A stretch of 64,000 bases of DNA, taken from assembly GCA_038245295.1 (NCBI GenBank), contig JBBRSP010000002.1:320001-384000 (forward strand), in the 5' to 3' direction. The notes beneath the pieces are model-generated. The model made no database searches, had not been told where the DNA came from, and was given only the letters and a program-made list of their open reading frames with translations. Shown piece by piece: positions 1 to 10,100 of the stretch (positions within the stretch are counted from its first letter, which is position 1; each line of letters opens with the position of its first letter). Position numbers and translations under genes: made by a program. The stretch is from Candidatus Binatia bacterium. GTDB lineage: Bacteria; Desulfobacterota; Binatia; HRBIN30.

Positions 1-999
1 CGACCGTGGCAGCGCGATACCCTGGTCAATGTTTTCTCGGTGGGCAAAGCGATGGCGACTGTGTCGCTTCTCATCTCGGCAGAGCAGGGCGCGATTGATC
101 TGGATGCCCCCGTAGCGCGCTACTGGCCGCAGTTCGGAGCCGCGGGGAAGGGTGGGGTCACGGTGCGTATGGTCTTGGCGCATCGCGCCGGCTTGCCGGC
201 GCTGCGCGGCCTGCTCGCCGAGGATGCGATGTACGACTGGGAGTTCATGACCAGGGCGTTGGCCGCCGAAGAACCCTGGTGGGAGCCGGGCAGCGCCCAC
301 GGCTACCACGTGAACACATTCGGGTTCCTCGTCGGCGAGCTGGTGCGCCGCGTCAGCGGCGAAAGCATCGGCGCGTTTTTCCGCCGCCACGTGGCCGAGC
401 CGTTGGGAGCGGAGTTCTACTTTGGTGTCGGGCCCGAGTCTGACGCGCGGATCGCTGATTACTATTACTCGGAGGCGATGCTTGCCGGTGAACCATTGCG
501 GCAAGGTCCCGCCGATGATGAACGGCGACTCTGGTTGCACCGGGTGTATCTCAATCCGTCGGGCCTTTCGGGATTGGGGACGGTCAACACACGCGCCTGG
601 CGCGCTGCCGAGATGCCGTCGACCAATGGTCACTCCAACGCGCGGGCGGTGGCTCGAATCTACTCGGCGCTGGCTTGCGGTGGGGCGGTCGAAGGTTGCC
701 GACTCGTGCAGCCAGAGACGATCGACGCGGCGATTACCGAGGCCTCAAACGGAACGGATCTGGTGTTGCAACGACCGTCACGCTTTGGCCTCGGCTTCCA
801 GCTTACTCAGCCGGGTAATCCCCTCGGAACCAGTGAGCGTAGCTTCGGGCACTTCGGGGCCGGTGGTGCGCTTGGCTTCGCCGACCCCGATTCTCGTCTG
901 GCCTTTGCGTACACGATGAACCAGGCCGGGCCGCGCTTTCGCAATCCCTGTACGCGGGCGTTGATCGATGCAACGTACGCCGCCCTCGGACAAACATAG
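1..999 (+). CDS. Serine hydrolase, beta-lactamase/class C esterase family (5' end outside window)
   Basis: Frame is open from base 1 (RPWQRDTLVNVFSVGK), giving the SxxK motif at 37-48; also LAHRAGL, GYH and FGHFGAGG. Confidence 0.88.
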   Translation, partial: RPWQRDTLVNVFSVGKAMATVSLLISAEQGAIDLDAPVARYWPQFGAAGKGGVTVRMVLAHRAGLPALRGLLAEDAMYDWEFMTRALAAEEPWWEPGSAHGYHVNTFGFLVGELVRRVSGESIGAFFRRHVAEPLGAEFYFGVGPESDARIADYYYSEAMLAGEPLRQGPADDERRLWLHRVYLNPSGLSGLGTVNTRAWRAAEMPSTNGHSNARAVARIYSALACGGAVEGCRLVQPETIDAAITEASNGTDLVLQRPSRFGLGFQLTQPGNPLGTSERSFGHFGAGGALGFADPDSRLAFAYTMNQAGPRFRNPCTRALIDATYAALGQT

Positions 1000-1121
1000 G
1001 GCAAAGCTTGTACTCAGTTGGACACAGCCGCCCCGACTCACACTGAGTCCAGCAGGTTGGGTTTGGCGCTGTGCCGGCGCACGATCCGAGGAAGTTGCGA
1101 TCTTTGCTTCCACCATGAGGT

Positions 1122-3593
1122 GTGTCGTCTCCCCTCGTCGTGCCCCTTCTCTCAAGATCGCGTTCGTGGCCGACGCTTGTCTGTCTCAGCGTTGCCGTGT
1201 TGCTCGGCGACGCCACGGGAAACCTCGGCCTGGCGGATGGACTCGTGCCACTGGCGGTCTGTGTCGGCGCGACGTTGGCGGCACTCGCGGCGAGCCGTTA
1301 TGCGCCACTGCGGCGCTGGAGTTTCTTCTGTGTCGCCGCCGCTTACGCGGCGAGTGCGGCGCAGCGCGTTTACGCGCCGGCCTTTGCTCCGCATCACGTC
1401 GCGCTGCTGCCGCATAACGCATTCACGATCACGGCGATCGTAGCGCGACCGGGTGGCATCGTCGGCGGCCAGGCCACCCTCCTGCTGGAAGCCCAGTCGC
1501 TGCAGCGCGGCGGCGGAACGGACGACTTGCACGGCCTGATCCGCGTATCGATCCGCCACGTCAGGAAAGGTTGGCGACGCGGCCAACTGGTGCGAGGACG
1601 GCTGCGACTGCACACACCACGCGCCTTCGGCACGCCGGGTGAATTCGATATGGCGCGGCACTTTGCCCGTCGCAACGTTTACGTCACGGCCTTCCTCGAT
1701 GACGACGATGATCTTGATCTCGTGGGCGAGCTACCGCCGGAGTCCTACATCGACTCGGGGCGGCGACGAATCGCCCAGGCCTTCCATGAACACCTCGTCG
1801 ACCCGGATGCCGCGGTTCTCGCGTCGTTGATCATCGGCGACGACCAACCCTTGCCGCCGGCATTGCGCCAGGCGTTCAATAGCGCCGGGATTGGCCACGT
1901 TCTGTCGATCTCGGGGCTGCACATGAGCCTGGTGGCCCTGACCAGCTTTCGTCTGTTGCGCTGGTTACTCGGTCGCAGCGAGCGGCTGCTCCTCTTCACC
2001 TCAGTGCCGAAGACGGCGGCGCTGCTCTCGGCGGTTCCGCTCGTCGTGTACGCCATGTTGGCCGGCGCCAACGCGGCGACGTTGCGTTCCGCCGTCATGG
2101 CGATTCTCGTCACCGGTGGCATCCTCCTCGATCGTGAGGCGCGCCTGAGCAACTCGCTCGCGGCGGCCGCGCTTGTCGTCGTCCTCCTGTCCCCTGGGGC
2201 GACTGCGGAAGTGTCGTTCCAATTGTCGTTTGCCGCGGTGCTCGGCATCGCGATCGCCATGCAGCGCTTCTGGCTGTGGTGGCCGAGCGTCGAGGAGGCG
2301 ATGTTCCTTCGCCTGCGTCGCGAATGGTGGGTTGCTTGGGCTCGGCCGGCGGCCGCCTCCCTGGCGGTGTCCGTTGGCGCCATGTCGGCAACTCTGCCGC
2401 TCGCCGCCTACCACTTCAATCAGATCTCGTTGATCGCACCGTTGGCGAATGCGGTGGTCGTGCCGGTACTCGGCGACGCCGGCGTCATCGTGGGCCTGCT
2501 GGCGGCGTTGGCGGTTGTGTTCGTGCCGGCGCTGGCGGCGCCGCTGATCACCGTCGCCGGGCTGATCATTCGCGTCGGATTGCGGTTAACCGATCTGTTC
2601 GCCGCAGTGCCGTTCGCCGCCGTTCGCATCGTCACGCCAACCTGGGGCGAGCTCGGACTGTGTTACGCTGCCTTCGGCTGCGTTGTGCTCGCGACCGGAA
2701 GAAATCGGCGGTGCCTCCTATGGTCAATCGCCGTGATCGCAACGGCTGATGTCGCCGTCGCGTACCAGCGCCGTGCTTACCCGGGCGCGCTGCGCGTTTC
2801 CTTCCTCAGTGTTGGACAGGGTGACTGCGCCGTCCTCGAGCTCCCCGACGGCGAAGTGATGGTTGTCGACGGCGGCGGCCTGGGTGACGGTACGTTCGAC
2901 GTGGGTGAACGGGTCGTCGCGCCGTTTCTCTGGCAACGCCGTATTGCTCGCGTCGACTATGTCGTCGCCACCCACCCGGATTGGGATCACTTTGGCGGAC
3001 TACGCTTCGTTGCCGAGCAGTTCCGTCCGCGCGAGGTGTGGACCAGTGGCGCTGGCAGTCCCCGCCAGGGTTATCTCGCTTTCGAGACAGCGGCGGCCGA
3101 AGCGGGCGCTCTGCACCTTATTGTTCGCCGTGGCGATCGTTGGAACCTGAGTGGTGTCGATGTTCGCGTCGTCGGACCGGCGCATCTCGACCCGGCTAAA
3201 GACAACGACGCGTCGGTGGTCCTACGTCTCGAGTGGCATGGCACATCGGTGCTGTTGACGGGTGATATCGAGGCCCCGGCGGAAGCTGAGATCGTTGGTG
3301 CATCCGAGCTCGACGTCCGCAGCACGTTGTTGAAGATTCCGCATCATGGCAGCAAGACCTCGAGCACGATGGCGTTCCTCGACACGGTGGCGCCGCCAGT
3401 GGCGGTCCTGTCGGCCGGCTTCGAGAACCGTTTTGGGTTCCCGTATCCCGAGATCGTCGGACGCTACACGGCGCGCGGGATCGATCTTTGGCGCACAGAC
3501 CTGCATGGGACGGTGACGTTGTTGGTCGACAGCGATGGCCAGGTGCACCTGGATTCCGTCTTCGCTCGCGCGCCGAGCGTAACCAGCCGTTGA
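1122..3593 (+). CDS. comEC: DNA internalization competence protein ComEC/Rec2
   Basis: Membrane competence domain (HVLSISGLH, SFQLSF) plus C-terminal metallo-beta-lactamase domain (VGQGD, THPDWDHFGG, LLTGDIE, KIPHHGS). Confidence 0.95.
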   Translation: MSSPLVVPLLSRSRSWPTLVCLSVAVLLGDATGNLGLADGLVPLAVCVGATLAALAASRYAPLRRWSFFCVAAAYAASAAQRVYAPAFAPHHVALLPHNAFTITAIVARPGGIVGGQATLLLEAQSLQRGGGTDDLHGLIRVSIRHVRKGWRRGQLVRGRLRLHTPRAFGTPGEFDMARHFARRNVYVTAFLDDDDDLDLVGELPPESYIDSGRRRIAQAFHEHLVDPDAAVLASLIIGDDQPLPPALRQAFNSAGIGHVLSISGLHMSLVALTSFRLLRWLLGRSERLLLFTSVPKTAALLSAVPLVVYAMLAGANAATLRSAVMAILVTGGILLDREARLSNSLAAAALVVVLLSPGATAEVSFQLSFAAVLGIAIAMQRFWLWWPSVEEAMFLRLRREWWVAWARPAAASLAVSVGAMSATLPLAAYHFNQISLIAPLANAVVVPVLGDAGVIVGLLAALAVVFVPALAAPLITVAGLIIRVGLRLTDLFAAVPFAAVRIVTPTWGELGLCYAAFGCVVLATGRNRRCLLWSIAVIATADVAVAYQRRAYPGALRVSFLSVGQGDCAVLELPDGEVMVVDGGGLGDGTFDVGERVVAPFLWQRRIARVDYVVATHPDWDHFGGLRFVAEQFRPREVWTSGAGSPRQGYLAFETAAAEAGALHLIVRRGDRWNLSGVDVRVVGPAHLDPAKDNDASVVLRLEWHGTSVLLTGDIEAPAEAEIVGASELDVRSTLLKIPHHGSKTSSTMAFLDTVAPPVAVLSAGFENRFGFPYPEIVGRYTARGIDLWRTDLHGTVTLLVDSDGQVHLDSVFARAPSVTSR

Positions 3594-3627
3594 CTCGCCA
3601 GAAGGGTGGCGATAAGCCGAATCGAGA

Positions 3628-4812
3628 ATGAATCCAAGCTTCAAAGAGATGATGAACGAGGTTGTCGCGTACGGAAGCTGTTGCGAGTGTGGCAGTTGCG
3701 TCCTCGTTTGCCCGCACAACGTCATCGACTACGTCGAGAACAAGCCCAAACAGGTGGCTAAGGCGACGAATCCATTCGACTATTGTGGCATCAGTGAAGG
3801 CATTGGTTGTGATTGCTGCGCCCAGGTTTGTCCGCGCCTGGGTGAGCGCGAACATCACATGACCGACCAGGTGTTTCCGGATCAGGGCGACTCTTATCAC
3901 GGCGCCTTTGGTGTGTACCGGCGCGTCGTGGCGGCGCGGACGAAGGATCCTGAAGTATTGGCGCGCTGCGAGGATGGCGGTGTCGTGACAACGATGCTGT
4001 GTTGGGGCTTGCGCAACGGTAGCTTCGACGGCGCGGTTGTTTCGGCGATTGACGCGGACAAGCCTTGTGAGCCGCAACCACGCGTTGTCACCAATGTGGA
4101 CGACGCGATTCGCAGCGCCAGCTCGTGGTACACCTACTGCCCCAACAATCTGGCGCTTGCCGACGCGCAGAAGCTGGGCCTGACGAAGGTCGCCTTCGTC
4201 GGCGTGCCGTGCCAGATCACGCCGGTGCGCAAGATGCAGCTCGTCGACCCGGGCTTCCTGACCAACGGTCGCAAGAAGGACAAAATCATCGAGAAACAAA
4301 CCGGCTTCCTCAAAGGTTTCGGCGAGCGCGTTGCGCTAGCGATAGGCCTGTTGTGCAGCGAAGTCTTCGATTTTCAGGAACTGATGCTTGATACGATTCG
4401 CGACGAGATGGCGATCCCCCTTTCGGAGATCCGCCAGTTCAACGTCAAGGGTAAGGTTCAGATCTTCAAGAAGGACGGCAACCTCGTCGAGATCCCGCTA
4501 CGCGAGGCGCAGGAATACGCGCGACCGGAATGTCACCACTGCGGTGACTTCTCGGCCGAACTGGCGGACATCTCGTGTGGTGGCGTCGGCGCGCAGGGAT
4601 GGACCATCACGGTAATCCGCACCAAACGCGGCGAGGAAGTGTTCCACGCCATGGAACAGGAAGGCCTCCTCGAAGTGCGCCCGATCGAAGAGCTTGAAAC
4701 ATCCATGAAGGTGCTGTTGCGTTTGGCGCGTAAACAAAGGGAGCGGGTGCCGTCGCCGCCAGGGCGGCCAGAATCATGGGCTCGGCCGGCAGGCTTCGGC
4801 GGCGCCCACTAG
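3628..4812 (+). CDS. Coenzyme F420 hydrogenase/dehydrogenase beta-subunit (FrhB/FpoF-like) flavo-iron-sulfur protein
   Basis: N-terminal ferredoxin motifs CCECGSCVLVCP and CDCCAQVCP; DGGVVT, VGVPCQ, IGLLC and CHHCGDFSAELADISCG. Confidence 0.85.
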   Translation: MNPSFKEMMNEVVAYGSCCECGSCVLVCPHNVIDYVENKPKQVAKATNPFDYCGISEGIGCDCCAQVCPRLGEREHHMTDQVFPDQGDSYHGAFGVYRRVVAARTKDPEVLARCEDGGVVTTMLCWGLRNGSFDGAVVSAIDADKPCEPQPRVVTNVDDAIRSASSWYTYCPNNLALADAQKLGLTKVAFVGVPCQITPVRKMQLVDPGFLTNGRKKDKIIEKQTGFLKGFGERVALAIGLLCSEVFDFQELMLDTIRDEMAIPLSEIRQFNVKGKVQIFKKDGNLVEIPLREAQEYARPECHHCGDFSAELADISCGGVGAQGWTITVIRTKRGEEVFHAMEQEGLLEVRPIEELETSMKVLLRLARKQRERVPSPPGRPESWARPAGFGGAH

Positions 4813-4838
4813 GAACTTAGGAACAAGGAACACTCATC

Positions 4839-5942
4839 ATGCAAAATGGGGGCAATTGCCCTCCGAAATTCCCGCCGCACTACCTCGAGCAGCTCATAGA
4901 AAACTCTCCCGACATCGTTGTCGCGGTCGATCGTTTTGGGACGATCGTCTACTACAACGACGGGGCGGAGAAGACGCTTGGTTACGCGGCCGGCGAGATC
5001 CTCGGTAAGAAGGTTACCGATATCTACGTGTCGGCTGCGGAAGCAAAACGCGTCATGGCGGCAATGCGAGGCGACGAGGTCGGCGGCCCGGGCAAAGTAA
5101 AGAACTTCGAAACGATCTTCGTGGATCGGTGGGGTCAGCGGATGCCGGTCGCCATCTCGGGATCGATCTTGAGCGATGACGATGGCTTCGAAATCGGCTC
5201 CATCGGCTTCGCCAAGGACTTGCGGGAGATCCGCCGCCGTGACCGCCTGGCGACTCTGGGCGAAGTGGCGGTGGCGGTTTGCCATGAAGTGAACAACCCT
5301 CTGGCTGCGATCATGAATCAGGTGGAGATCCTCGATACCCACTTGCGCGAAGCAGCCACCGAGAGTGGTGGCACACCACCGGAGGAGCAACGCCTAAAGG
5401 ATATCCGGCGCGAGCTCGAGAAGATTCAGAAAGCCGTCGGCAAGCTCGAAGCCTTCTCGCACGGCGAAGAGTACGAGACACGCGAGTACAACCGCGGCAC
5501 CAAGATGGCCGCACTCTCGGCACCTCCCGAAGCGGGGGCGCTCAGCGGCTTGCGGATTCTCGTGGTCGACGACGATATGGCCGTATCACACTCGGTGCGT
5601 GACCTGCTGATCGAGGAAGGTTGCGAGGTCGTCACCGCTCACGGCGGCCTGGAGGCATTGCGTCTATTCGATCGCCTACCGTTCGACGTCGTCATCAGTG
5701 ATGTCGTCATGCCTGATCTCGACGGATACGATCTCTACATGGAGATCAAGCGCCGCGGTTCCACGACACCGGTGTTGCTCATGACGGGCTATTACTACGA
5801 CCGCGACCACGTGATTAAACGCAGCCGCCTCGAAGGGTTGGAGCAGGTGTTGTTTAAGAAGCCGGTCAACCCGGAACGGCTCAAGGGTTTGATTCGCGGA
5901 CTCTGCCGGAAACCGGGCGCGTCGGCTCAGCCGTCGGTTTGA
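4839..5942 (+). CDS. PAS-HisKA-receiver signalling protein without an ATPase domain
   Basis: PAS (LIENSPDIVVAVD...YYNDGAEKTLGY), H-box CHEVNNPL, C-terminal REC (ILVVDDD, ISDVVMP, FKKP). Confidence 0.85.
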   Translation: MQNGGNCPPKFPPHYLEQLIENSPDIVVAVDRFGTIVYYNDGAEKTLGYAAGEILGKKVTDIYVSAAEAKRVMAAMRGDEVGGPGKVKNFETIFVDRWGQRMPVAISGSILSDDDGFEIGSIGFAKDLREIRRRDRLATLGEVAVAVCHEVNNPLAAIMNQVEILDTHLREAATESGGTPPEEQRLKDIRRELEKIQKAVGKLEAFSHGEEYETREYNRGTKMAALSAPPEAGALSGLRILVVDDDMAVSHSVRDLLIEEGCEVVTAHGGLEALRLFDRLPFDVVISDVVMPDLDGYDLYMEIKRRGSTTPVLLMTGYYYDRDHVIKRSRLEGLEQVLFKKPVNPERLKGLIRGLCRKPGASAQPSV

Positions 5943-6366
5943 GCGTCGGCGTCGCTGATGGACGCGTCGCCGTCGGTGTGCCCGTGGCGGCGGGAATCAC
6001 GAAAAGCCTGATCTCGCCACTTGCGGTCGCGATGACGACATGTTCGTCGGTGACGCGCCCCAGGCGTCCCAACCCGGGGATCTCGTCGCCTTCGCGATAC
6101 ATCGTGTGTTTGTCGTCCGGCCCCTCAATCACCGCATACGAGTAAGACGCACGGCTAGCAACGCCAGCCAGGCGGTAGCCCAGGGGCGGCGTTGGTGTAG
6201 GAGTTTCCGGCGTAGCGATCTTGGTCCGTGTTGGCGTGGGTAGGAGAGTCGCGGTCGGTGGCGCGGCTGCGCGCTCTCGAAGGCGTATGCCGAGCCAGAG
6301 GGCGCTGCCGATCACCAAGGCAAACAGCAGAACAACACTCAGCACGTTGATGAGGCGCGAATTCAT
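5881..6366 (-). CDS. Membrane-anchored protein with T2SS GspC/PilP-like HR domain
   Basis: ATG at 6366, N-terminal TM helix, T/P linker, YRLAGVASRASYSYAVIE...YREGDEIPG...RVTDEHVVI pattern; 3' end overlaps the convergent gene by 62 bp. Confidence 0.55.
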   Translation of the reverse strand: MNSRLINVLSVVLLFALVIGSALWLGIRLRERAAAPPTATLLPTPTRTKIATPETPTPTPPLGYRLAGVASRASYSYAVIEGPDDKHTMYREGDEIPGLGRLGRVTDEHVVIATASGEIRLFVIPAATGTPTATRPSATPTLKPTAEPTRPVSGRVRESNP

Positions 6367-6505
6367 ATCGTCGAAACGTAGTCTAGCATGAGTGTCGATG
6401 GAGGCACGCCGGACCGCGTTGGGGGTTGGGGGTAGGCGTCGGGCCGTGCCGAACGGTGCTTGCCCAAAATGGTGTCGATGTGCTCTGACGACAGCGGAGG
6501 TGATG

Positions 6506-7162
6506 ATGGGTTTGCGGGAGCGACGGCAAGCGGCACGATTGGGAGTGCTGCTGCGCGTCGAGCGCGGTTTATGGGGATCGGGTATCGCCCGGGTTGCCGG
6601 ATGTGACGAAGTCGGTGTGGGACCATTGGCCGGGCCGGTTGTCGCCGCGGCGGTGATCATGCCGCAAGACGGCCATCTGCGCGGCGTCGACGACTCGAAG
6701 AAACTCTCACCTCTCCTGCGTCAGCAACTCGCCGAGCAGATTCGAGCCACCGCACTTGGCATCGGGATCGGCATCGTCGATGTCGCTACGATCGATCGCC
6801 TCAACATCTACCACGCCGCCCTCGAAGCGATGCGGCGCGCGGTCCTGGCGCTACCGGAGGCACCGGATCATCTCGTCGTCGATGCGCGGACAGTTCCCGG
6901 AATCGACCTGCCGCAAACGCCGATCATCGGTGGCGATGCGCGCAGCTATTCGATTGCCGCGGCATCGATCATCGCCAAGGTGACGCGTGATGCCATGATG
7001 TGCGAACTCGACCAGCAATACCCGGAGTATGGGTTTGTCCGCCACATGGGATACGGCACGGCGGAACACCGTGCGGCATTGGCACGCTTCGGGCCGACGC
7101 CGGAGCATCGCCGCTCCTTCGCTCCGGTGCGCCAGCTGTCGCTCTTCCCGATACTTGCCTGA
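6506..7162 (+). CDS. rnhB: Ribonuclease HII
   Basis: GCDEVGVGPLAGPV, DDSKKL, IAAASIIAKVTRD, GYGT, HRRSF; GGAGG RBS at 6496-6500. Confidence 0.95.
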   Translation: MGLRERRQAARLGVLLRVERGLWGSGIARVAGCDEVGVGPLAGPVVAAAVIMPQDGHLRGVDDSKKLSPLLRQQLAEQIRATALGIGIGIVDVATIDRLNIYHAALEAMRRAVLALPEAPDHLVVDARTVPGIDLPQTPIIGGDARSYSIAAASIIAKVTRDAMMCELDQQYPEYGFVRHMGYGTAEHRAALARFGPTPEHRRSFAPVRQLSLFPILA

Positions 7163-7171
7163 AGCTGCCCG

Positions 7172-10100
7172 CTACACTTCTTCGAGCAGGAAGTTGAGAT
7201 CTTCGCGTGTCAAACTGCGGGCGAAGCTGTCTTCGCCACCCAGGACATCGCGACTCAGCGTCGCCTTGCGCTGCTGTAGCTCCCAGATCTTTTCTTCGAT
7301 CGTGCCGACACTCAGCATGCGGTAGGCGATCACACTGCGATCCTGACCGATGCGGTGCGTACGGTCGATGGCCTGGGCCTCGACGGCCGGATTCCACCAC
7401 GGGTCGAAGAGGATGACATACGTCGCCGCCGTGAGGTTCAGGCCGGTGCCACCGGCGCGCAGCGAGATGAGGAACACCCCGGCCCGCTCGTCGTTCTGGA
7501 AGGCGTCGACCACTTCCTCGCGATTCTTCGTCGCACCCGTGAGCATGTGGTACGGGATCTCTCGCGTTACGAATTCCTGCTCGATCAACTTCAGGCACTC
7601 GACGAACTGCGAGAAGAGCAAGACCTTATGGCCCTCGGCGAGAAGCGGCTCGAGCATCTCGAACAGAGTCTCGAACTTGCCGGAACTGAGCGAAGCCTTG
7701 CCGCCGGCGAGGGCCGGATGGCAGCAGATCTGTCGCAATCGCGTCAGCGCCGCCAGGATGTGAATCTTGTTCTGCGCAATGCCCCCCGGCTCGTCGGCCA
7801 ATTGGTTGACCAACGTGCGGCTACGCCGTGCCTCGGCGAGGTAGAGAAGCCGCTGCTCCTTGGTCATCTCGCAGTCGATGCGTTCCTCGATGCGCGGCGG
7901 CAACTCCGGGGCAACCTCGCGCTTGGTCCGCCGCAGCAGCACAGGCCGCAGCTTGGCGGTGAGCAGCGAGCGTGCATAGGGGGGCGCGTCGATGCGATCG
8001 AAGCGCGACTGAAACTGCGTCCGCGTTCCGAGATAGCCGGGGTTGGCGAACTGCAGAATACTCCACAGGTCGAGGGCGCGATTCTCAAGGGGCGTGCCGG
8101 TCAGGGCCAGACGATGATTTGCTTGCAGCGCCTGCGCGGCGCGGCTGACGGCCGCGTCGGGGTTCTTGATGTTCTGGGCCTCGTCGAGGATAGCGGCGAG
8201 CAGCGGCGTCTTGCGCCAGATCTCGATGTCGCGTCGCAGCAACGCGTAGTTCGTCACGATGACGTCGTACTCGCTGAGTTGATCGAACGCCGCCTTACGG
8301 GCTTCGCCGCTGGCGAGGATGATGATGCGCAAGTCCGGTGCGAAACGCTCTGCTTCGCGCGCCCAGTTGTGAACCACCGAGGCCGGACAGACGACGAGGG
8401 ATGGGCCCTCGCTGCCGCTCTCGCGCAGGTGCATCAGCCAAGCGAGAGCCTGAACCGTTTTTCCGAGACCCATGTCGTCGGCCAAGATGGCGCCGGCGCC
8501 GAGAGACGAGGTGTAGGCGAGGAAGTCGAGTCCACGCCGTTGATACGGTCGCAGGTCGGCGCGCAGCCCGTTGGGTGGTGCCACGACCGGCAGGCCTTTG
8601 AAGTCGACAACTCGCTGCCGCAGCTGCCGCACGGCTTCGAGGGTCGCCGCGTCGGCGCCGTAGTGCTCCAGCGACCCGAGGCTGTTCGGGTTGGCACTCG
8701 CAAGCTGCCACAGACTCAGCCGCTGTGGCCCGGCGCCGGCCTCAATGCCCAGATCGGCGAGGACCGCGGCGGCCTCGTCGTGCAGTTTAGCCGTCTCGCG
8801 TTGCACCCAGCCGCTGCTGAGACGGACAAAGCGTGCCGATGACGAGCGCAATTGCGCCAGATCGTCATCGTTCAAGTCGAGACCATCGGCTTGCCATTCG
8901 GTAGACACGGCGAACCAGTCAACGCCGCTCGATTCGATGTGTAGTTTCGGGCTGATCTGAAAGCCGGCTCCGAGCAGGCGACGCAGGCGCGGTGTACCGA
9001 AGTAGGCTGCCTCGGCCGGTCGTTCCTGCCAAACAGCCGACATTCGTTCGATCGTCTTCGCCGTCAAACGCAGCCAGCGTCCAACCGCCCGGTCCGGCCA
9101 CGTCAGCCCGCGATTCGCCGGCGGTGTGCCAAACGTTACGGCGCCGAAGGCTTCGACCCAGGCCTGCATGGGCTCTACCGCGGCGGCATCGGGCTGTTCC
9201 ATCCACGGCTCGTTCGGCGGCGCTGCAGCGTTGCTAGCTTCTGCCTCGACGGTTGCGGTCGGTAACGCCGCAGGCACGTCGGCCGATGGCGTCGATTCGA
9301 CCGACGCAAAATCACCCTCCGGCGAGACCGGTTGTGCGTCGCTGCTGGCTTGGCTGTCGCAACGACGCCATCGTCCGTCCGTCTCCCATTCGAAGATGAT
9401 CTCGCCCGGGCCGGCGGTATTGCCGGGCAACCACGTCGAACGCGGTGGCCGGCTGAACAGGCGAACCTGCAGCCAGTCATCCTCGCGCAGATCGAGCGCC
9501 ACGACGGCTTGCGCCGGATGAAAGTGCGTGTGTGCCGCGACGATGGGTCGCAAATGCGGAAACGTCGCCGCAAGGCCATACAAAACCGTGTTGCGCTCGA
9601 CCGGGTGCAGCGGCAGGCCACGGGCGGCGTCGAATCGTCGCAGCAACGCCAGTGGTGGCTCGTCGGAAACAGCCGAGATGGCACCGTCGACGATCACGAA
9701 GCTTGGATGAGATTGCGCCGCCCCCCAACGTGTGTCGCCAGGAAGGTAGAGCGCCTTGTCGAGTGACCGCAACTCTCCCTCCGGAGAGACGACGCCGAAT
9801 TCGAGACTCACCTCGCCATCAACTTCGGTGCATGAGGGTAAGATGCGCTGCGGCCGTGACTCGTAACACAGCGGGGCATTCGGCTTTAGACCGGCGCGCT
9901 GTGCCAGATCTGGCGTCAGCTCCGGCCCCCACGTCACCAGCGCCGAGGATGCGGCGAACAGGATGACGGCGCGCAGCTGGGTACCGGAAAGAACGAAGCT
10001 CGAGGTTCGCGATGCCGTCGTGTACTCGGAGTCGTTCCGAGTGACGCGCTCGAGTAGCCAACGCAGCAGCGTCGCTTGCTCCGGTAACAGGATACCCGGC

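Noticed and set aside
7355..8842. Long antisense ORFs (also 11585-12904, 19280-20437, 30304-31572, 35180-36274, 54424-55365)
   Set aside because: Shadows of real genes caused by high-GC codon bias; no motifs
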